Source of the DNA: Trueperaceae bacterium
Lineage (GTDB): Bacteria > Deinococcota > Deinococci > Deinococcales > Trueperaceae
Direction: 5' to 3'
DNA: 64,000 bases
Assembly: GCA_965214405.1 (NCBI GenBank)
Contig: OZ243956.1
Span: forward strand, 2,688,001 to 2,752,000
In this document: positions 1-11,398 of the stretch, piece after piece
How the letters are laid out: every line of letters starts with the position of its first letter
Position numbering within the stretch: position 1 is the stretch's first letter
The notes under the pieces: generated by a model
What the model saw: only the letters and a program-made list of their open reading frames with translations
The model's database searches: none
Told to the model about the DNA's origin: nothing
Translations under genes and position numbers: made by a program

Positions 1-425
1 CCGCTTTTAACGATGCCCGCCCGCAAGCCCGCCTGATGAACCATGCTCAGCACGTCCTTGTGGACGATGGTGGCGAGGTGGTTGCAGGGCTCACACAGCC
101 GGGTGCCGCGCAGCACAACGTCGCCGACTCTAAACGTTTTTCCCACAAGCCCATTGAGGCTGACGCCCTTGGTGACGATGTTGCGGCGCAGGTCGCCGGG
201 TGCCAAGTCGTGCCCGCTCCGCTTGTTGAACGCCTCGAGCATCTCCCTCTCAACCAGCGTCACCTCAAAAGAGGGCGCTTCAACCGTGTCGGAAAAAGTT
301 CCCTCGCCCTTGAAGTAGCGGTCACCCTCAAGGCCCTTCCCTTGAACAGCCTCCACCAAATCTACCGTCTCCATCGGCGCTTCTGCGCGGGATGCGATGT
401 GGATGGATACGACTTTGTTATTCAT
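1..425 (-). CDS. MOSC domain-containing protein (3' end runs off window)
   Basis: Manual translation from ATG 425: MNNKVVSIHIA...GLEGDRY...VTLVERE...GDLRRNIVTKGVSLNGLVGKTFRVGDVVLRGTRLCEPC. These are MOSC/YiiM motifs. Absent from the ORF track because it is open at the window edge. Confidence 0.85.
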   Translation of the reverse strand, partial: MNNKVVSIHIASRAEAPMETVDLVEAVQGKGLEGDRYFKGEGTFSDTVEAPSFEVTLVEREMLEAFNKRSGHDLAPGDLRRNIVTKGVSLNGLVGKTFRVGDVVLRGTRLCEPCNHLATIVHKDVLSMVHQAGLRAGIVKS

Positions 426-460
426 ACGCTCTCCTCGAGTCTCGTCATCAAGCACGTCCG

Positions 461-1504
461 CTAGAGCACAAAAGCGATGATAGCCCCCGTCAAAATCGCG
501 CTCCCCAGCGCAATCTCAAAAAGGTAAATCCAGCCAAAGCGCATGAGCTGGTCGTAGCGAAAGCGGGGCAAGGAGCCGCGCAGCCAGATGAACAGGAACA
601 TGAAAATCGCCATTTTGGCGATAAGCCAGACAAAAGGCCACTCCGCCATCCCCGGAATGATGTTATTGAAAAAATCCGGGCCGCGCCAGCCGCCCAGAAA
701 GAGCGTGCTGATAAAGGCGGCGGCGGTCATCATGTTGACGTACTCGGCCATTTGGAAGAGCGCCCACTTGATGGACGAATATTCGGTGAGGTAGCCCGCG
801 ACAATCTCCTGCTCCGCCTCGGGCAAGTCAAAGGGCGTGCGGTTCACCTCGGCGATGGCGGAAATGACGAAGGTCACAAAGGCAACTGTAAGCGGCAGCC
901 AGAGCCAGGGGGAGATAGACCAGACGTTGAGGTAGACGATTTCGCGCAAGTTCAGGGTGCCCGCGATCATGATGATGGTCAGCACGGACAAACCCAGCCC
1001 GAGTTCGTACGAGATGAGCTGCGCCGACGAGCGCAAACTGCCCAGCAGCGAGTATTTGGAGTTCGAGGCCCAGCCCGCCAAAAAGATGCCGTAGACCCCG
1101 ATGCTGGTCGCGGCGAGTACAAAGAGGAGACCGATGTCCAAATCCATAATCCAGGGATTGAAGCCGAACAAGCTCCCCGCCGGACCCGCGGGAATCGCGC
1201 CAAACGCGGTGAGCGCAAAGGTGATGGACACGAAGGGCGCGAGAAAGTAGACGAACTTGTCCGCCGCCGTGACGGTGATGTCCTCTTTGAAAATCGACTT
1301 GATGGCGTCGGCGATGGGTTGCAGCATCCCGAAGGGTCCCACGCGGTTGGGTCCTATACGGTTTTGCATCCGCGCCAAGACGCGGCGCTCGATGACGGTC
1401 ATGTAGGCGAACGCGCCCAAGAGGACGGTGCAGAGCAGGAGCGCCTTTAAGAAAGTGATGATGAGCGGGTCGTTCGCGCGGGTGATGAAAAGGACTTCGC
1501 TCAT
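461..1504 (-). CDS. nuoH: NADH-quinone oxidoreductase subunit H
   Basis: [34 protein letters not shown] and PRFRYDQLM motifs; multi-TM. Confidence 0.97.
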   Translation of the reverse strand: MSEVLFITRANDPLIITFLKALLLCTVLLGAFAYMTVIERRVLARMQNRIGPNRVGPFGMLQPIADAIKSIFKEDITVTAADKFVYFLAPFVSITFALTAFGAIPAGPAGSLFGFNPWIMDLDIGLLFVLAATSIGVYGIFLAGWASNSKYSLLGSLRSSAQLISYELGLGLSVLTIIMIAGTLNLREIVYLNVWSISPWLWLPLTVAFVTFVISAIAEVNRTPFDLPEAEQEIVAGYLTEYSSIKWALFQMAEYVNMMTAAAFISTLFLGGWRGPDFFNNIIPGMAEWPFVWLIAKMAIFMFLFIWLRGSLPRFRYDQLMRFGWIYLFEIALGSAILTGAIIAFVL

Positions 1505-3957
1505 GAGGCGGCTCCAAGCAACGGGGTCTCGAGCCTCGGAGCTTCCACCTCTTTCTCGAGCGCCTCCACGTCAACCCTCACCAACCCCATCGGCTGCTCG
1601 GGCAGCGCGGGCAGGAGCATGAGCCCTTCGGGCACACCGTCGTCCACCGCCACCACCGCGCGCCGCGTCGCGCCGCCGACGGTGAGCTTGACGCGGCTAC
1701 CGGGGGTTAGGTCTCGAGCTAGCGCGTCCGCCGGGTGAAGGCGCAACGCCGTTTCACCAAAGGCTGAGCGCAAGCCGGGGTTGCGCCCCAAATGCTCGGC
1801 GCGGACCATTGTGGGCACCAAGAGGAGGTTACCCTCAGTGCGCCCTTCAACCCCTTGCGGGGCTTCGCCTTTGAGGACGACCGGGGGCAGGTAACCTTCG
1901 TCGGGAAGCTCGCTTAAGTCAACGCTGAAGTCTTTCTTAAACGCGCGGTGGGCGCTGCGGAGGCTGCGGCCATCCAAACGGGTGCCCAGCGCGTCACCCA
2001 AACGTTTGACGACGCCCGTGAAATCTTCCGCCCCGCCGCCGTCCACGGGCGCGGCGCTGACGTTGAGATAGCGGCCCTCGAGGTTCACCACCGTCCCCTC
2101 TTTTTCGTAACCCGTTTTGGCGGGCAGGACGACGTGGGCCATTTTGGTGGTGGCGGTGGGGAAAGTGGAGTGGGCGATTAAAAGCTCGATTCCCCCCAGC
2201 TTTTCCGCCACCTCTTTGTCCGCTGCGGGGTCTAAGTTGGACAGGAGGAGGGCTCGAGCCCCGCCGTTCAGCATCCCGGCGTAGGAGTGGTGGGTGTCTT
2301 TGGGGAGAACGCCCAGACGCTCCAACCCATGCGAGTTCGCCATCGGCCCCACCGCCACCGCCTTGGCCCCCACCGCCTTGGCAAGCGCGTTCGCCGCGTC
2401 CGCCGCCTCGCGTGAAGCAGTGACGAAACCACCGTAGATGATGACGGCGTCTTCTGCATCTTTGAGGCGGGTGACGAGCCCTTGCATGTCCTCTTGGCTC
2501 ATCCCAAACCGCGTCGCGTCGTCTACCGTCTCACCGTTGGCGACGCTTACGAGGCTTTGAAGAAATGCGGCTTCCCTGCCTGCTGGATAGACGACGCTCG
2601 AGCCTGCATGACTCATCAAATCAACGCGGTAAGGTGCGGCCACGTTCAAAAGCTCGCGCTTACGCGGCGCGCGCTCCTTGAGGCGCAAATCGGCGATGGG
2701 CACGCCGTGGGCCATGAGTTCGGGGGGCACCACACCCTTTAGCGCCTCTTTGATGCGCAAATCCACCACGGGCGCTTCTTCGGTGAGGTCGCCGATCACC
2801 AACAGCGCGTCGCTCGTCGCCACGTCCGTGAGCGTAGCCTGCGGCGCGTTCGGGATGACCGAGGCGGCGGGGCGTGGGAAGTGGTCCAGGCCGCCCTTGA
2901 AGTGTTCGGCCAAGCTCTTGGCGGCGACGCCTTCCTCGAGCGTCGCGTCAGCCCTCAAAACAATCCCCGGCTCGCCCTCACCAAACGCGCTAAGCTGCTC
3001 CGCGACAAATTCCGCCGCCTCGTCCCAGGTCACGGGCGTGAGCCGCCCGTTAAGGCGAATCATCGGGTTTCTGATGCGATCTTTGGCGTCCACATACTCG
3101 TGCCCAAAGCGCCCGCCATCGCAAATCCAGTCGTTGTTGACCTGCGTGTTGCGCGCCCCCTTGACCCGCTCGATGCGCCCCGTGCGCGCGTCCACATTCG
3201 TCGCGCAGCCCACCGGGCAGTGCAAGCAGGTGGTGCGGGTATGGTCATATTCCCAGTTGCGACCCCGGAAGCGGCTCGTCGAATCCAGCAGCGCCCCAAC
3301 CGGACAAATGTCGGTGATGTTGCCCGTGAAGTTCGAGGGTAAACCTTCCTCCTCGGTGCCGATGTAGGTGTGCCCGCCCCGCTCGATAAAGTCCAGCACC
3401 TCGTCGTCAGGAATTTCTTCAAAGTAACGCACGCAGCGTTTGCAGTGGATGCAACGTTCGCGGTCCAGGGTGATGAGGCTCGAGAGCGCGTGATGCTTCT
3501 CCTGATGCCGCTTGGTAAACTGAAACCGCGACACGCCGCTGCCGTACTCGTACGCGCGGTCTTGGAGTTCGCAGGCCCCGCCCTTGTCGCAGGTCGGGCA
3601 GTCGAGCGGGTGGTTGATGAGGGTAAATTCCATCATCCCCGCCTGCGCGCTTTTTACTTCGGAGGAGAGCGTGTCAACGACCATCCCTTCCATCACCGCG
3701 GTGGTGCAGGTCGCCATGAGGTTCGGGAAATAGAAAATTTTGGGCTCGCCCGTCTCCTCGTCCAAAATCCACTCACCCGTCTTCTGGTCCTTGCGCGGCG
3801 CGCCCACCTTGGCTAAGCACATCCGGCAGGCCCCAATGGGCGACATGTACTCCTGCGAGCAAAAGTACGGCACGTCGTACCCGGCGGCAAAAACCGCGTC
3901 AATGGCGGAGGTGCCGGGTTCTAAATCCATCTCTACGTCGTTGACTTTAACTTTCAT
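1501..3957 (-). CDS. nuoG: NADH-quinone oxidoreductase subunit G
   Basis: [29 protein letters not shown] and CLHCPVGC...WICD Fe-S motifs; operon position. Confidence 0.97.
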   Translation of the reverse strand: MKVKVNDVEMDLEPGTSAIDAVFAAGYDVPYFCSQEYMSPIGACRMCLAKVGAPRKDQKTGEWILDEETGEPKIFYFPNLMATCTTAVMEGMVVDTLSSEVKSAQAGMMEFTLINHPLDCPTCDKGGACELQDRAYEYGSGVSRFQFTKRHQEKHHALSSLITLDRERCIHCKRCVRYFEEIPDDEVLDFIERGGHTYIGTEEEGLPSNFTGNITDICPVGALLDSTSRFRGRNWEYDHTRTTCLHCPVGCATNVDARTGRIERVKGARNTQVNNDWICDGGRFGHEYVDAKDRIRNPMIRLNGRLTPVTWDEAAEFVAEQLSAFGEGEPGIVLRADATLEEGVAAKSLAEHFKGGLDHFPRPAASVIPNAPQATLTDVATSDALLVIGDLTEEAPVVDLRIKEALKGVVPPELMAHGVPIADLRLKERAPRKRELLNVAAPYRVDLMSHAGSSVVYPAGREAAFLQSLVSVANGETVDDATRFGMSQEDMQGLVTRLKDAEDAVIIYGGFVTASREAADAANALAKAVGAKAVAVGPMANSHGLERLGVLPKDTHHSYAGMLNGGARALLLSNLDPAADKEVAEKLGGIELLIAHSTFPTATTKMAHVVLPAKTGYEKEGTVVNLEGRYLNVSAAPVDGGGAEDFTGVVKRLGDALGTRLDGRSLRSAHRAFKKDFSVDLSELPDEGYLPPVVLKGEAPQGVEGRTEGNLLLVPTMVRAEHLGRNPGLRSAFGETALRLHPADALARDLTPGSRVKLTVGGATRRAVVAVDDGVPEGLMLLPALPEQPMGLVRVDVEALEKEVEAPRLETPLLGAAS

Positions 3958-3981
3958 GCGTCACGTCCCTCTTAAAACTCC

Positions 3982-5322
3982 TCATTCCGCCCACCAATCC
4001 ATCTTTTTGTACATCGGCTCCCCGTGTTGAATCAGATACTCGTACTCCTCGCGGAAATACTTGATGCTCGCCTGCACCGGCATCGCGCAGGCGTCGGCCA
4101 AGGGGCAAAAGGCGGTGCCGCGCATGTTTTTGACCATGTTCTCGATAAGCTCCAAGTCGCCCGGTTGCCCCAAGCCCGCGAGCAGCTTTTTGTACATCTT
4201 CGGCAGCCAGGTGGCGACGCCCTCGCGGCAGGGGGTGCATTTGCCGCAGGACTCGTGCGCATAAAAGCGCACGATGTTGTATAGCGCGTTCACCATGCAC
4301 TTCTCTTTGGGGATGAGGATGACGCCGCCCGTGCCCAGCATCGAGCCCTTCTTGGTGATCGAGCCGTAATCCATCGGCGTGTCCAGATACTCGTCCGTAA
4401 AGGGGAACATTGGCGTCGAGGAGCCCCCCGGAATGAGCGCTTTTATCGCAAGCGTCGGCCCGCCCGCGAGGTCATAAACGAGTTCACGAAAAGTCGCGCC
4501 CATCGGCATTTCGTAAACGCCGGGCCGGGCGACGGGGCCGCTGATTTGGTAGAGCTTGGTGCCCTTCGAGTCCTCGCTGCCCATGTTTGAAAACCACGCC
4601 GCGCCCTTGTTGATGATGTGGACGGCGCTCGCCAACGAAGTCACGTTGTTGATCGTCGTCGGCCTGCTGTAGACGCCCGCCTGCGCCGGGAAGGGCGGCT
4701 TGAGGCGCGGGTTGGCGCGCAGACCCTCGTACGAGTTCATCAGCGCCGTTTCCTCGCCGCAGATGTAGGCCCCGGCCCCACGGTGCAAGATGATGTCGAA
4801 CTCGAAATCCGTCCCGAACAGGTTTTTGCCCAAGTAGCCCGCCTTGCGCGCCTCTATGACCGCTTGCTCGGTTCGCTCGTAGCCTTTGTAATATTCTCCG
4901 CGGATGTAGATGATGCCCTTGGTCGCTTGAATCGCGTAACCCGCGATAATCATGCCTTCGATGAGCTGGTGGGGGTCGTCCTCGAGCACATACCTGTCCT
5001 TAAACGACCCCGGCTCCGACTCGTCGGCGTTACAGAGGATGAAACGCTGCCGCCCGTCCGGTTTGGGCATAAACGACCACTTGACCCCCGTCGGAAAGCC
5101 CGCGCCGCCCCGGCCCCGCAGCCCCGAAGCTTTCACCTCATTCACCACGTCCTCGGCCTTCATCGTCGTGAGCGCCTTTTTCGCTCCGTCGTAACCGCCG
5201 TGTGAGAGGTAATAGTCGAGCGTCCACGCCCCCTCGACCCCCACGTGCTCGTACAGCGCCACCTTGTAACGCGGGTCTTTGCGGCTGGTAATTGGCTTGG
5301 GCTTATCTGCCACTGCGTCCAC
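3982..5322 (-). CDS. nuoF: NADH-quinone oxidoreductase subunit F
   Basis: [46 protein letters not shown]. Confidence 0.98.
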   Translation of the reverse strand: MDAVADKPKPITSRKDPRYKVALYEHVGVEGAWTLDYYLSHGGYDGAKKALTTMKAEDVVNEVKASGLRGRGGAGFPTGVKWSFMPKPDGRQRFILCNADESEPGSFKDRYVLEDDPHQLIEGMIIAGYAIQATKGIIYIRGEYYKGYERTEQAVIEARKAGYLGKNLFGTDFEFDIILHRGAGAYICGEETALMNSYEGLRANPRLKPPFPAQAGVYSRPTTINNVTSLASAVHIINKGAAWFSNMGSEDSKGTKLYQISGPVARPGVYEMPMGATFRELVYDLAGGPTLAIKALIPGGSSTPMFPFTDEYLDTPMDYGSITKKGSMLGTGGVILIPKEKCMVNALYNIVRFYAHESCGKCTPCREGVATWLPKMYKKLLAGLGQPGDLELIENMVKNMRGTAFCPLADACAMPVQASIKYFREEYEYLIQHGEPMYKKMDWWAE

Positions 5323-5888
5323 TATTCACCTCCGATGACGGGCTTCGTTGCGCCCGCGTTGTCGCCGCCGCGTTCAAACTTGGGCTCCGGCGTCTCATCC
5401 CGCCGAAAAGCCTCCAAAAGTTCCTTACACCGCGTTTTCGTCACCCGCTCGTAATAGGTGTCGTTCACCTGAAGTACGGGCGCGGTGCCGCACGAGCCTA
5501 AACACTCAACCTTTTGGATGCTAAAGCGCCCGTCGCGGCTCGTCTCGCCGGGGACGAGGCCGAGCTCTTCAGAGATAAAGTCGCACATCTCATCTGAACC
5601 TGCCAAGGCGCAGGGCAATGTCGAGCAGATTTGCAGGTGATACGCGCCCACGGGCTGCTCGTGATAGGTCGAATAAAAGCTCATCACGCCCTTGACCTCG
5701 GTGGCGTGGAGGTCCAGAATCGCCGCGATTTCTTCTAAACGCGCTTCCGAAATGTGCCGCTCGGCGCGCTGCACCTCCCACAAGAGGGGCATGACGGCGC
5801 TGCGGCGGCCATAGTCGGGGTAGCGCCCCAAGATTTCGTTTAAGACATCTTGTTTATCGGCAAAATATGGTTTGACCGTTTCTACCAT
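5322..5888 (-). CDS. nuoE: NADH-quinone oxidoreductase subunit E
   Basis: CSTLPC...CLGSC 2Fe-2S motif; operon position. Confidence 0.96.
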   Translation of the reverse strand: MVETVKPYFADKQDVLNEILGRYPDYGRRSAVMPLLWEVQRAERHISEARLEEIAAILDLHATEVKGVMSFYSTYHEQPVGAYHLQICSTLPCALAGSDEMCDFISEELGLVPGETSRDGRFSIQKVECLGSCGTAPVLQVNDTYYERVTKTRCKELLEAFRRDETPEPKFERGGDNAGATKPVIGGE

Positions 5889-6100
5889 TGTGTTTCCTCT
5901 ATATGCTCATAACTACTCATACGCGCCTTGAATTCTTCGAGCGACAAGGTTTCGCCGTCGCGCCGCTCAGCGATAACGAGGAGGTCGTGAAGGTCCTCGA
6001 GCATCCTCTCATATACTTCAAAAGGAAGCACGACCTTGGTTTTCTCGCCCCTTTCGTTGATGATGTGCTCGAGCCCACTACTAAACTGCATGTGAAACAT
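5882..6100 (-). CDS. Small acidic antitoxin-like (RelB/Phd-like) protein inside nuo operon
   Basis: GGAGGAGG RBS before ATG 6100; IINERGEKTKVVLPFEVYERMLEDLHDL...ISLEE-like pattern typical of type II antitoxins; stop overlaps nuoE start. Confidence 0.6.
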   Translation of the reverse strand: MFHMQFSSGLEHIINERGEKTKVVLPFEVYERMLEDLHDLLVIAERRDGETLSLEEFKARMSSYEHIEETQW

Positions 6101-6139
6101 CAGCCTCCTCCCCAAAACTCATCTGTCCACGTCTCCTCA

Positions 6140-6487
6140 TCACGCTCCCTCTGCGCGCTTGAGCTTTTGCGCCTCGAGCCTTTGCTCCCTGAGGGATTTT
6201 ACAAAAATCTTTGCGCCGACCACACAAGCAACTATTCCGGGTATGAAGATAGCCAGCTTGACCGCCCATGAATCGAAGAAGGTCGTTGGCAGGTACACAA
6301 AATTGAGTAACATGAGAAAGTACGAAACAAAAGCCCACCTGCTCACACGGCCCTCTTCTATATACTTTTGCTCGCGCGCTTCCATTTTCCCGAAAAACCA
6401 CACAAGAGCTTTACCGACAAACAGCGCGAGAAGGACGAAAAGAGCGCAGCCAGCCAGAATCCATAAAAGCACAGAAAGCAAGTTCAT
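6140..6487 (-). CDS. Hypothetical membrane protein (about 3 TM)
   Basis: 115-aa ORF with three hydrophobic segments, co-oriented between nuoD and nuoE, more AT-rich than its neighbours. Confidence 0.65.
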   Translation of the reverse strand: MNLLSVLLWILAGCALFVLLALFVGKALVWFFGKMEAREQKYIEEGRVSRWAFVSYFLMLLNFVYLPTTFFDSWAVKLAIFIPGIVACVVGAKIFVKSLREQRLEAQKLKRAEGA

Positions 6488-6543
6488 TGTTCCCGCCTTT
6501 CTAACAGAAAACTAGCCGTGCATCTCTTCTCGCGCTCAACCAT

Positions 6544-7770
6544 CTATTTATCCACGTCCCCCATCACCGGGTCCATCGTGGCGATATTTACCACCATGTC
6601 GGCAAAAAGCCCGCCGAGACAGGTCGGCTCCAGGCTCTGCAAGTTAATGAGACTCGGCACCCGCACCTTGACGCGGTAGGGCATCGAGCCGCCGTCCGAA
6701 ACGAGGTAGTAGCCCAGCTCGCCGCGCGCCGACTCGGTGGGCACGTAGACCTCGCCTCGAGGCGGGTGGAAGCCCTCGGTCACGAGTTTGAAGTGGAAGA
6801 TAACGGCTTCCATCGAAGTTTCAAGCTCGCTGCGGGGCGGCAGGGAGATGCGGCGGTCGGGGTCCTTGAAGGGGCCGGGCTCGAGCCTATTCAACGCCTG
6901 CTCCACAATCCTCATGCTCTCGCTCACCTCTTCAAAGCGCATCATGAAGCGGGCGTAGGCGTCGCCCTTGTCCGAGGTAGGCACCTTGAACTTGTAGTCC
7001 TCATAGCCGCTGTAGGGCTGCGCCTTACGGAAGTCCAGCCCCACCCCGCTCGCGCGCAGGCTCGGGCCGGTGAGGCCGTACTCGAGCGCCTGCTCTTTAG
7101 TTAAAACACCCACGCCCTTGGTGCGGTTCACAAAGATGTCGTTCTTGGCGAACATGGCGGCGTACTGCTCGAGCATCCGCGGAAAACTCTTTAGAAACTT
7201 GCGCACCGCGGGCTCGAATTCTTCGGGGACGTCTCTCGAGAGCCCGCCCACCCTAAAGTAACCGTAGTTCATCCGCACGCCGCTGACCATCTCGAAAATG
7301 TCCAAAATCGCGTCGCGCTCGCGGAAGGTGTAGAAAAAGGGCGTCAGCGCGCCCATGTCAAGGAGGCCGGTGCCGAAGAAAACGAGGTGGCTGGCGATGC
7401 GGTTGAGTTCGTTCAGAATCACCCGGATGCGCTGCGCCCGCACGGGCACCTGCGCGTCCATTAGCTTCTCAGCCGAGAGCACGTAAGCCAAGTCGTGCGC
7501 AAACGCGTGAAGATAATCCATCCGGTTGGAGTAGGTCACGCACTGCTGGTAGGTGCGGTTCTCCATCGTCTTCTCAAAGCCCGTGTGGAGGTAACCGATT
7601 TGCGGCTTGATGGCGACGATGCGCTCGCCGTCCAAATCCACCACCAGGCGCAGCACGCCGTGGGTGCTCGGGTGCTGCGGCCCCACGTTGAGGCGCATAT
7701 GATGCGTGCCGAACTCACCCTCCATGCTCTCGTTCACGCCCGGCACGGCGCCCGCTTGCGTCATCGTCAT
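6544..7770 (-). CDS. nuoD: NADH-quinone oxidoreductase subunit D
   Basis: [41 protein letters not shown]. Confidence 0.98.
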   Translation of the reverse strand: MTMTQAGAVPGVNESMEGEFGTHHMRLNVGPQHPSTHGVLRLVVDLDGERIVAIKPQIGYLHTGFEKTMENRTYQQCVTYSNRMDYLHAFAHDLAYVLSAEKLMDAQVPVRAQRIRVILNELNRIASHLVFFGTGLLDMGALTPFFYTFRERDAILDIFEMVSGVRMNYGYFRVGGLSRDVPEEFEPAVRKFLKSFPRMLEQYAAMFAKNDIFVNRTKGVGVLTKEQALEYGLTGPSLRASGVGLDFRKAQPYSGYEDYKFKVPTSDKGDAYARFMMRFEEVSESMRIVEQALNRLEPGPFKDPDRRISLPPRSELETSMEAVIFHFKLVTEGFHPPRGEVYVPTESARGELGYYLVSDGGSMPYRVKVRVPSLINLQSLEPTCLGGLFADMVVNIATMDPVMGDVDK

Positions 7771-8399
7771 TTCTTACCTCCCGATTCCGTTTCCGTCGGC
7801 GTGCCCAGCTCCGCGTGACTCACCACGCCCTTGCGGACGCCGCCCTTCCAGCCCGACAGGCCCGAATCCTGCCCCGTCATGCCCGCGCGAAAGGTGGCGG
7901 GGTCGAGAAATCTTCCTTCGTTAAACAGTGTGGGCGTCTCGCCCAGCGGGAAGTCTTTGCGGTGCGGGTGACCGTCCAAATCCTCGGGCGTGAGGAGCTT
8001 GCGCAGGTCGGGGTGGTCCTCGAACTCGACGCCGAACATGTCGTAGACTTCGCGCTCCATAAACGACGCGCCCTTCCAGAGCCCCGTAATGGTTGGCAAG
8101 GTCTCGCCGTCGTCAAGGTTTACGCGGATGAAGAGGCGTTCGTTGGCAGAAATGCTGTAGAGGTTGTACGCAACGGTAAAACGTTTGCCCTGATGACCAG
8201 GGTAGGTGAGATAATCAATCCCGAACACATCCGAAATCATCTCGAAGCCCGCCTCTTTGGCCGTCTCCACCGCCTCGACCACCGCATCCCTTTCCACCAT
8301 CACGCTGACCATACCCTTAAACTCAGCGGGCTTGCCGCCCATTCCTTTGAGCGTATCCACCACCGACTCGACCAAGCTCACCGGCTCCACCCAGGACAC
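7767..8399 (-). CDS. nuoC: NADH-quinone oxidoreductase subunit C
   Basis: [22 protein letters not shown]...GHPHRKDFP; start codon uncertain. Confidence 0.95.
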   Translation of the reverse strand: MSWVEPVSLVESVVDTLKGMGGKPAEFKGMVSVMVERDAVVEAVETAKEAGFEMISDVFGIDYLTYPGHQGKRFTVAYNLYSISANERLFIRVNLDDGETLPTITGLWKGASFMEREVYDMFGVEFEDHPDLRKLLTPEDLDGHPHRKDFPLGETPTLFNEGRFLDPATFRAGMTGQDSGLSGWKGGVRKGVVSHAELGTPTETESGGKK

Positions 8400-8413
8400 C
8401 CAGGACTGAGAAC

Positions 8414-8472
8414 TGAGAGGAAAGAGAAAAGTGTAATACTCTCAGTCCTCAGTCCTTTTCTCTTTCCTCTCA
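8414..8472. repeat. Perfect 18-bp inverted repeat between nuoB and nuoC
   Basis: TGAGAGGAAAGAGAAAAG (8414-8431) / CTTTTCTCTTTCCTCTCA (8455-8472). Confidence 0.85.
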
Positions 8473-9006
8473 TCTGCTCCACCCCTCCACCATCGGCAAT
8501 TGAACGCCGCGCGAGTCGAACGCCTCGCCGCGCACTTTCTTTTGGAGCTGCATCACCGCGAAAACAAGCGCCTCGGGGCGGGGCGGGCAGCCGGGGACGT
8601 AGATATCCACCGGCACCACCGAGTCAACGTTCTGGACGATGGCGTAGTTGTTAAACATCCCGCCCGACGACGCGCACGCGCCCATCGAGATGACCCACTT
8701 GGGGTCGGGCATCTGTTCGTAGACGCGGCGCATCACCGGGGCCATCTTTTTGCTCAGGCGGCCCGCCACGATCATCACGTCCGCCTGCCGCGGCGAGGCG
8801 CGAAACACTTCCGAGCCAAAACGCGCCAAGTCGTTACGCGCGTTCGTCGAGTTCATCATCTCGATGGCGCAGCAGGCCAAACCAAACGTCGCGGGCCAGA
8901 GCGAGTTGGAGCGGCCCCAGGCCACGAGTTTTTCTAGGCTCGAGAACAAAATCCCCTCATTCTCGAGCTCCTGCACATCTTTCGTAAAAAGGTCTTTAAG
9001 TCCCAT
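8470..9006 (-). CDS. nuoB: NADH-quinone oxidoreductase subunit B
   Basis: [36 protein letters not shown]. Confidence 0.98.
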   Translation of the reverse strand: MGLKDLFTKDVQELENEGILFSSLEKLVAWGRSNSLWPATFGLACCAIEMMNSTNARNDLARFGSEVFRASPRQADVMIVAGRLSKKMAPVMRRVYEQMPDPKWVISMGACASSGGMFNNYAIVQNVDSVVPVDIYVPGCPPRPEALVFAVMQLQKKVRGEAFDSRGVQLPMVEGWSR

Positions 9007-9063
9007 ACCCGCCTCTCAATCTAACTCTCGAGCCTCTACTCACCACGACCCACTCACTACTAT

Positions 9064-9411
9064 CTACTGCCAATGGAGCACGCCCTTTTTGAGGATGTAC
9101 ACATACCCCACGCCCAACACAATCACAAAAATAATCGCCTGCACGAACAAAAACTCGGGCGCGGCGTGAAACCGAACCGCCAGCGGGTAAAAGAAAGCCG
9201 TCTCGATGTCAAAAATGATAAAGAGCATGGCGACGAGGTAGAAGTGAACGGGGAAACGTTCGCGCGCGCTCCCCGAGGCGGGCACGCCCGACTCATAGGC
9301 GGCCAGCTTGTTCTCGCTCCCCTTTTTGGGACCCATGAGGCCCCCCACGGCGAGCGCCGCCGCGCCGATAAAGCCCGCGGCCAGGAACATCATGAGCAGA
9401 TTGAGGTACAT
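9064..9411 (-). CDS. nuoA: NADH-quinone oxidoreductase subunit A
   Basis: YESG...[14 protein letters not shown]; 3 TM; first gene of operon. Confidence 0.97.
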   Translation of the reverse strand: MYLNLLMMFLAAGFIGAAALAVGGLMGPKKGSENKLAAYESGVPASGSARERFPVHFYLVAMLFIIFDIETAFFYPLAVRFHAAPEFLFVQAIIFVIVLGVGYVYILKKGVLHWQ

Positions 9412-9551
9412 GGGCGTCTCCTTTAGAAAACTTCAAACATCGCAAAACGAGCGAAGGGGGAGGGGCGAACCGCTTTGTGCGGCTTTTCACAGCTTTTTCT
9501 AGTGTAGTTTATCATTTCTCGAGAACCCTCAACAAGAGTGCGAGTGCATAG

Positions 9552-10910
9552 GGGTGCAACCCCAAATAGGCGGATAGAAAAAGGGGCGTAGCAGCGGTAG
9601 AATGGCGGATGAAAACGAGCCAGACAGGTGATTGGAAAGAACGGGCGAAGGAAGCGTTTGGCAGGTACTTAGAAGCTTTGGAACGAGACCTACCCGAAGA
9701 TGCGGGTGTAGCCGAGGTTGAGACGGCGATGCTGGCGCATTATCAAGCGATGATGAGTGAGACTATGCAAGCTCTGGCAGATAGCCGGAGCTTTTCCCCC
9801 CGAGCACAAAAGAGAAGTACCTGAAGGCTATTGGGGTAACGGCAAACGTCGCTGCGCGGTTAAGCACTTGTGGGGCCGGGTCTATGTCGAGGTACAAAGG
9901 CTGGTTGATAGAGAGGGTCGAGCCAAACAAGCTATCCTCGATAGACGCTTAGACCATTCGGGCTGGACGCCCAAAGCCTTAGCTTGCCTGACCGACTTAG
10001 CAGCGCGCGTGCCCTTAGAAGAAGGCGCTTACATCGCGCGCAACTTCGGCCTGAGGATTAGCTCGTCAGAATTAGACCGCTTGCAACGCCCCTACGCTGA
10101 GGCGTGTCGAGCCGAGGTGGCAGACAGACTGTTGTCTTGTTCAGAGCCTGAAGCGGCACGCCGACAAGGACGCGTCATGGTGTTGCAAATGGACGGCGTC
10201 TACGTCTTAGGGCAACCTGAACAGGGGCTATGTCCTGGCCTGGAACTCAAAACAGCCGTACTTTATCCGCAAGCCGCTCCGAGTCAGCGCTGGATGTTGG
10301 CCGAACGCTGCTGTGCCGAAGACTTTGTCACGCTCGTGGCGGGTTTACTCAACGAAGCCGGAGTCACCCCCGCGGATACGCTGCTCGGTTTGGGTGATGG
10401 AGCCGTTTGGATTGACAACATCTTTTGTCATCTCGACGCCGTAAGAATCACCGACGTCTACCACGCCACTCAGTACCTCGACACCATCATGCAAGCACTG
10501 GCTTGGGATGAAGACCTAAGAACGCGCCACCGCTGTGACTGGTATCGGGGTCAGCTCAACGCCCGTGACTGGCTCGCTCACCACCTTCCTAAACCCGAGG
10601 TCTGGCTCACCTGGGATGACAAAGCGCAAACTGCTCTAAAGTATCTTGAAACCCGGCTTGACAGTATGGATTATGCTCGGTTCACAGAAAAAGGCTATCC
10701 CATCGGTTCAGGGCAAATCGAAGGGATGAACAAAGCCGTTATCGGAAACCGTATGAAAAGAAGCGGGATGCACTGGTCCAAACAAGGTGCTGCCAGTATG
10801 GCCTCTTTGCGTGCCCAGACCTGTGCCAAACATTCCCTCATTGACTTTGGGCAGCTCAGGCACCTCGCTTACCCTGCCCCGGCTTAATCCGACACTAGCG
10901 GGCTGCACCC
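9552..10910 (+). mobile_element. Insertion sequence, ISKra4/ISLre2-type (Mutator-like DDE), 1359 bp
   Basis: Imperfect terminal IRs GGGTGCAACCC...CGGAT / GGGTGCAGCCC...CGGAT; 9-bp direct repeat AGTGCATAG at 9543-9551 and 10911-10919. Confidence 0.92.
9609..10887 (+). CDS. Transposase (UPF0236/ISKra4-like), two ORFs joined by +1 frameshift at TTTTCCCCCC (9792-9801)
   Basis: orfA 9609-9824; orfB to 10887 with MDG, GDGAxWI, DVYHA and GYPIGSGQIEG...RMKRSGMHWS motifs. Confidence 0.88.
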
Positions 10911-10943
10911 AGTGCATAGTTGAGCCCCTTGCCACTCATCTCA

Positions 10944-10972
10944 TTGACCCGCCCCCGCAATCCTGTTAAACT
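10944..10972 (+). promoter_or_regulatory. Sigma70-type promoter of tRNA-Ser
   Basis: TTGACC-17 bp-TAAACT with extended TG, about 23 nt before the tRNA. Confidence 0.7.
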
Positions 10973-10995
10973 TTGAGACGCTTTTGAGGCCGGAT

Positions 10996-11087
10996 GGAGA
11001 GGTGTCCGAGCGGTTTAAGGAGCACGCCTGGAAAGCGTGTATAGGGGGTAACCTCTATCGAGGGTTCGAATCCCTCTCTCTCCGCCA
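10996..11087 (+). tRNA. tRNA-Ser(GGA)
   Basis: GGAGAGG acceptor stem, anticodon arm CACGC-CTGGAAA-GCGTG, long variable arm, GGTTCGAATCC T-loop, encoded CCA end. Confidence 0.97.
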
Positions 11088-11398
11088 TATAGCAGGTATC
11101 ATCTGGTTAGAAACAAATTTGGCTTACGCGCTACCGTCCAGGACGCAGCCAAGGTGATGGTTCCTGCGCTGAACCCGCTAGGTATAAAAACTGTTGTACG
11201 ACAAAAGACGTTAAAAGACGTTGTCCAGCTCGAGCAGGACGCGTCTCGCAAGCCACCATGAGTAACGCAAGTAACGCAGTTCATGAGACGCTACCTCCGC
11301 ATATAGACTCACCTCTGAACGCTTCATACCTTCGCCACGTGAACCGCAAACGGCAGAAGAGTAAATTCTCACACCTGTTTTTACAGCCTAACCGTTCC

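Noticed and set aside
36..1450. Long + strand ORFs (36-464, 392-1450) and similar antisense ORFs throughout
   Set aside because: Shadow ORFs opposite well-supported genes, as expected in GC-rich DNA.
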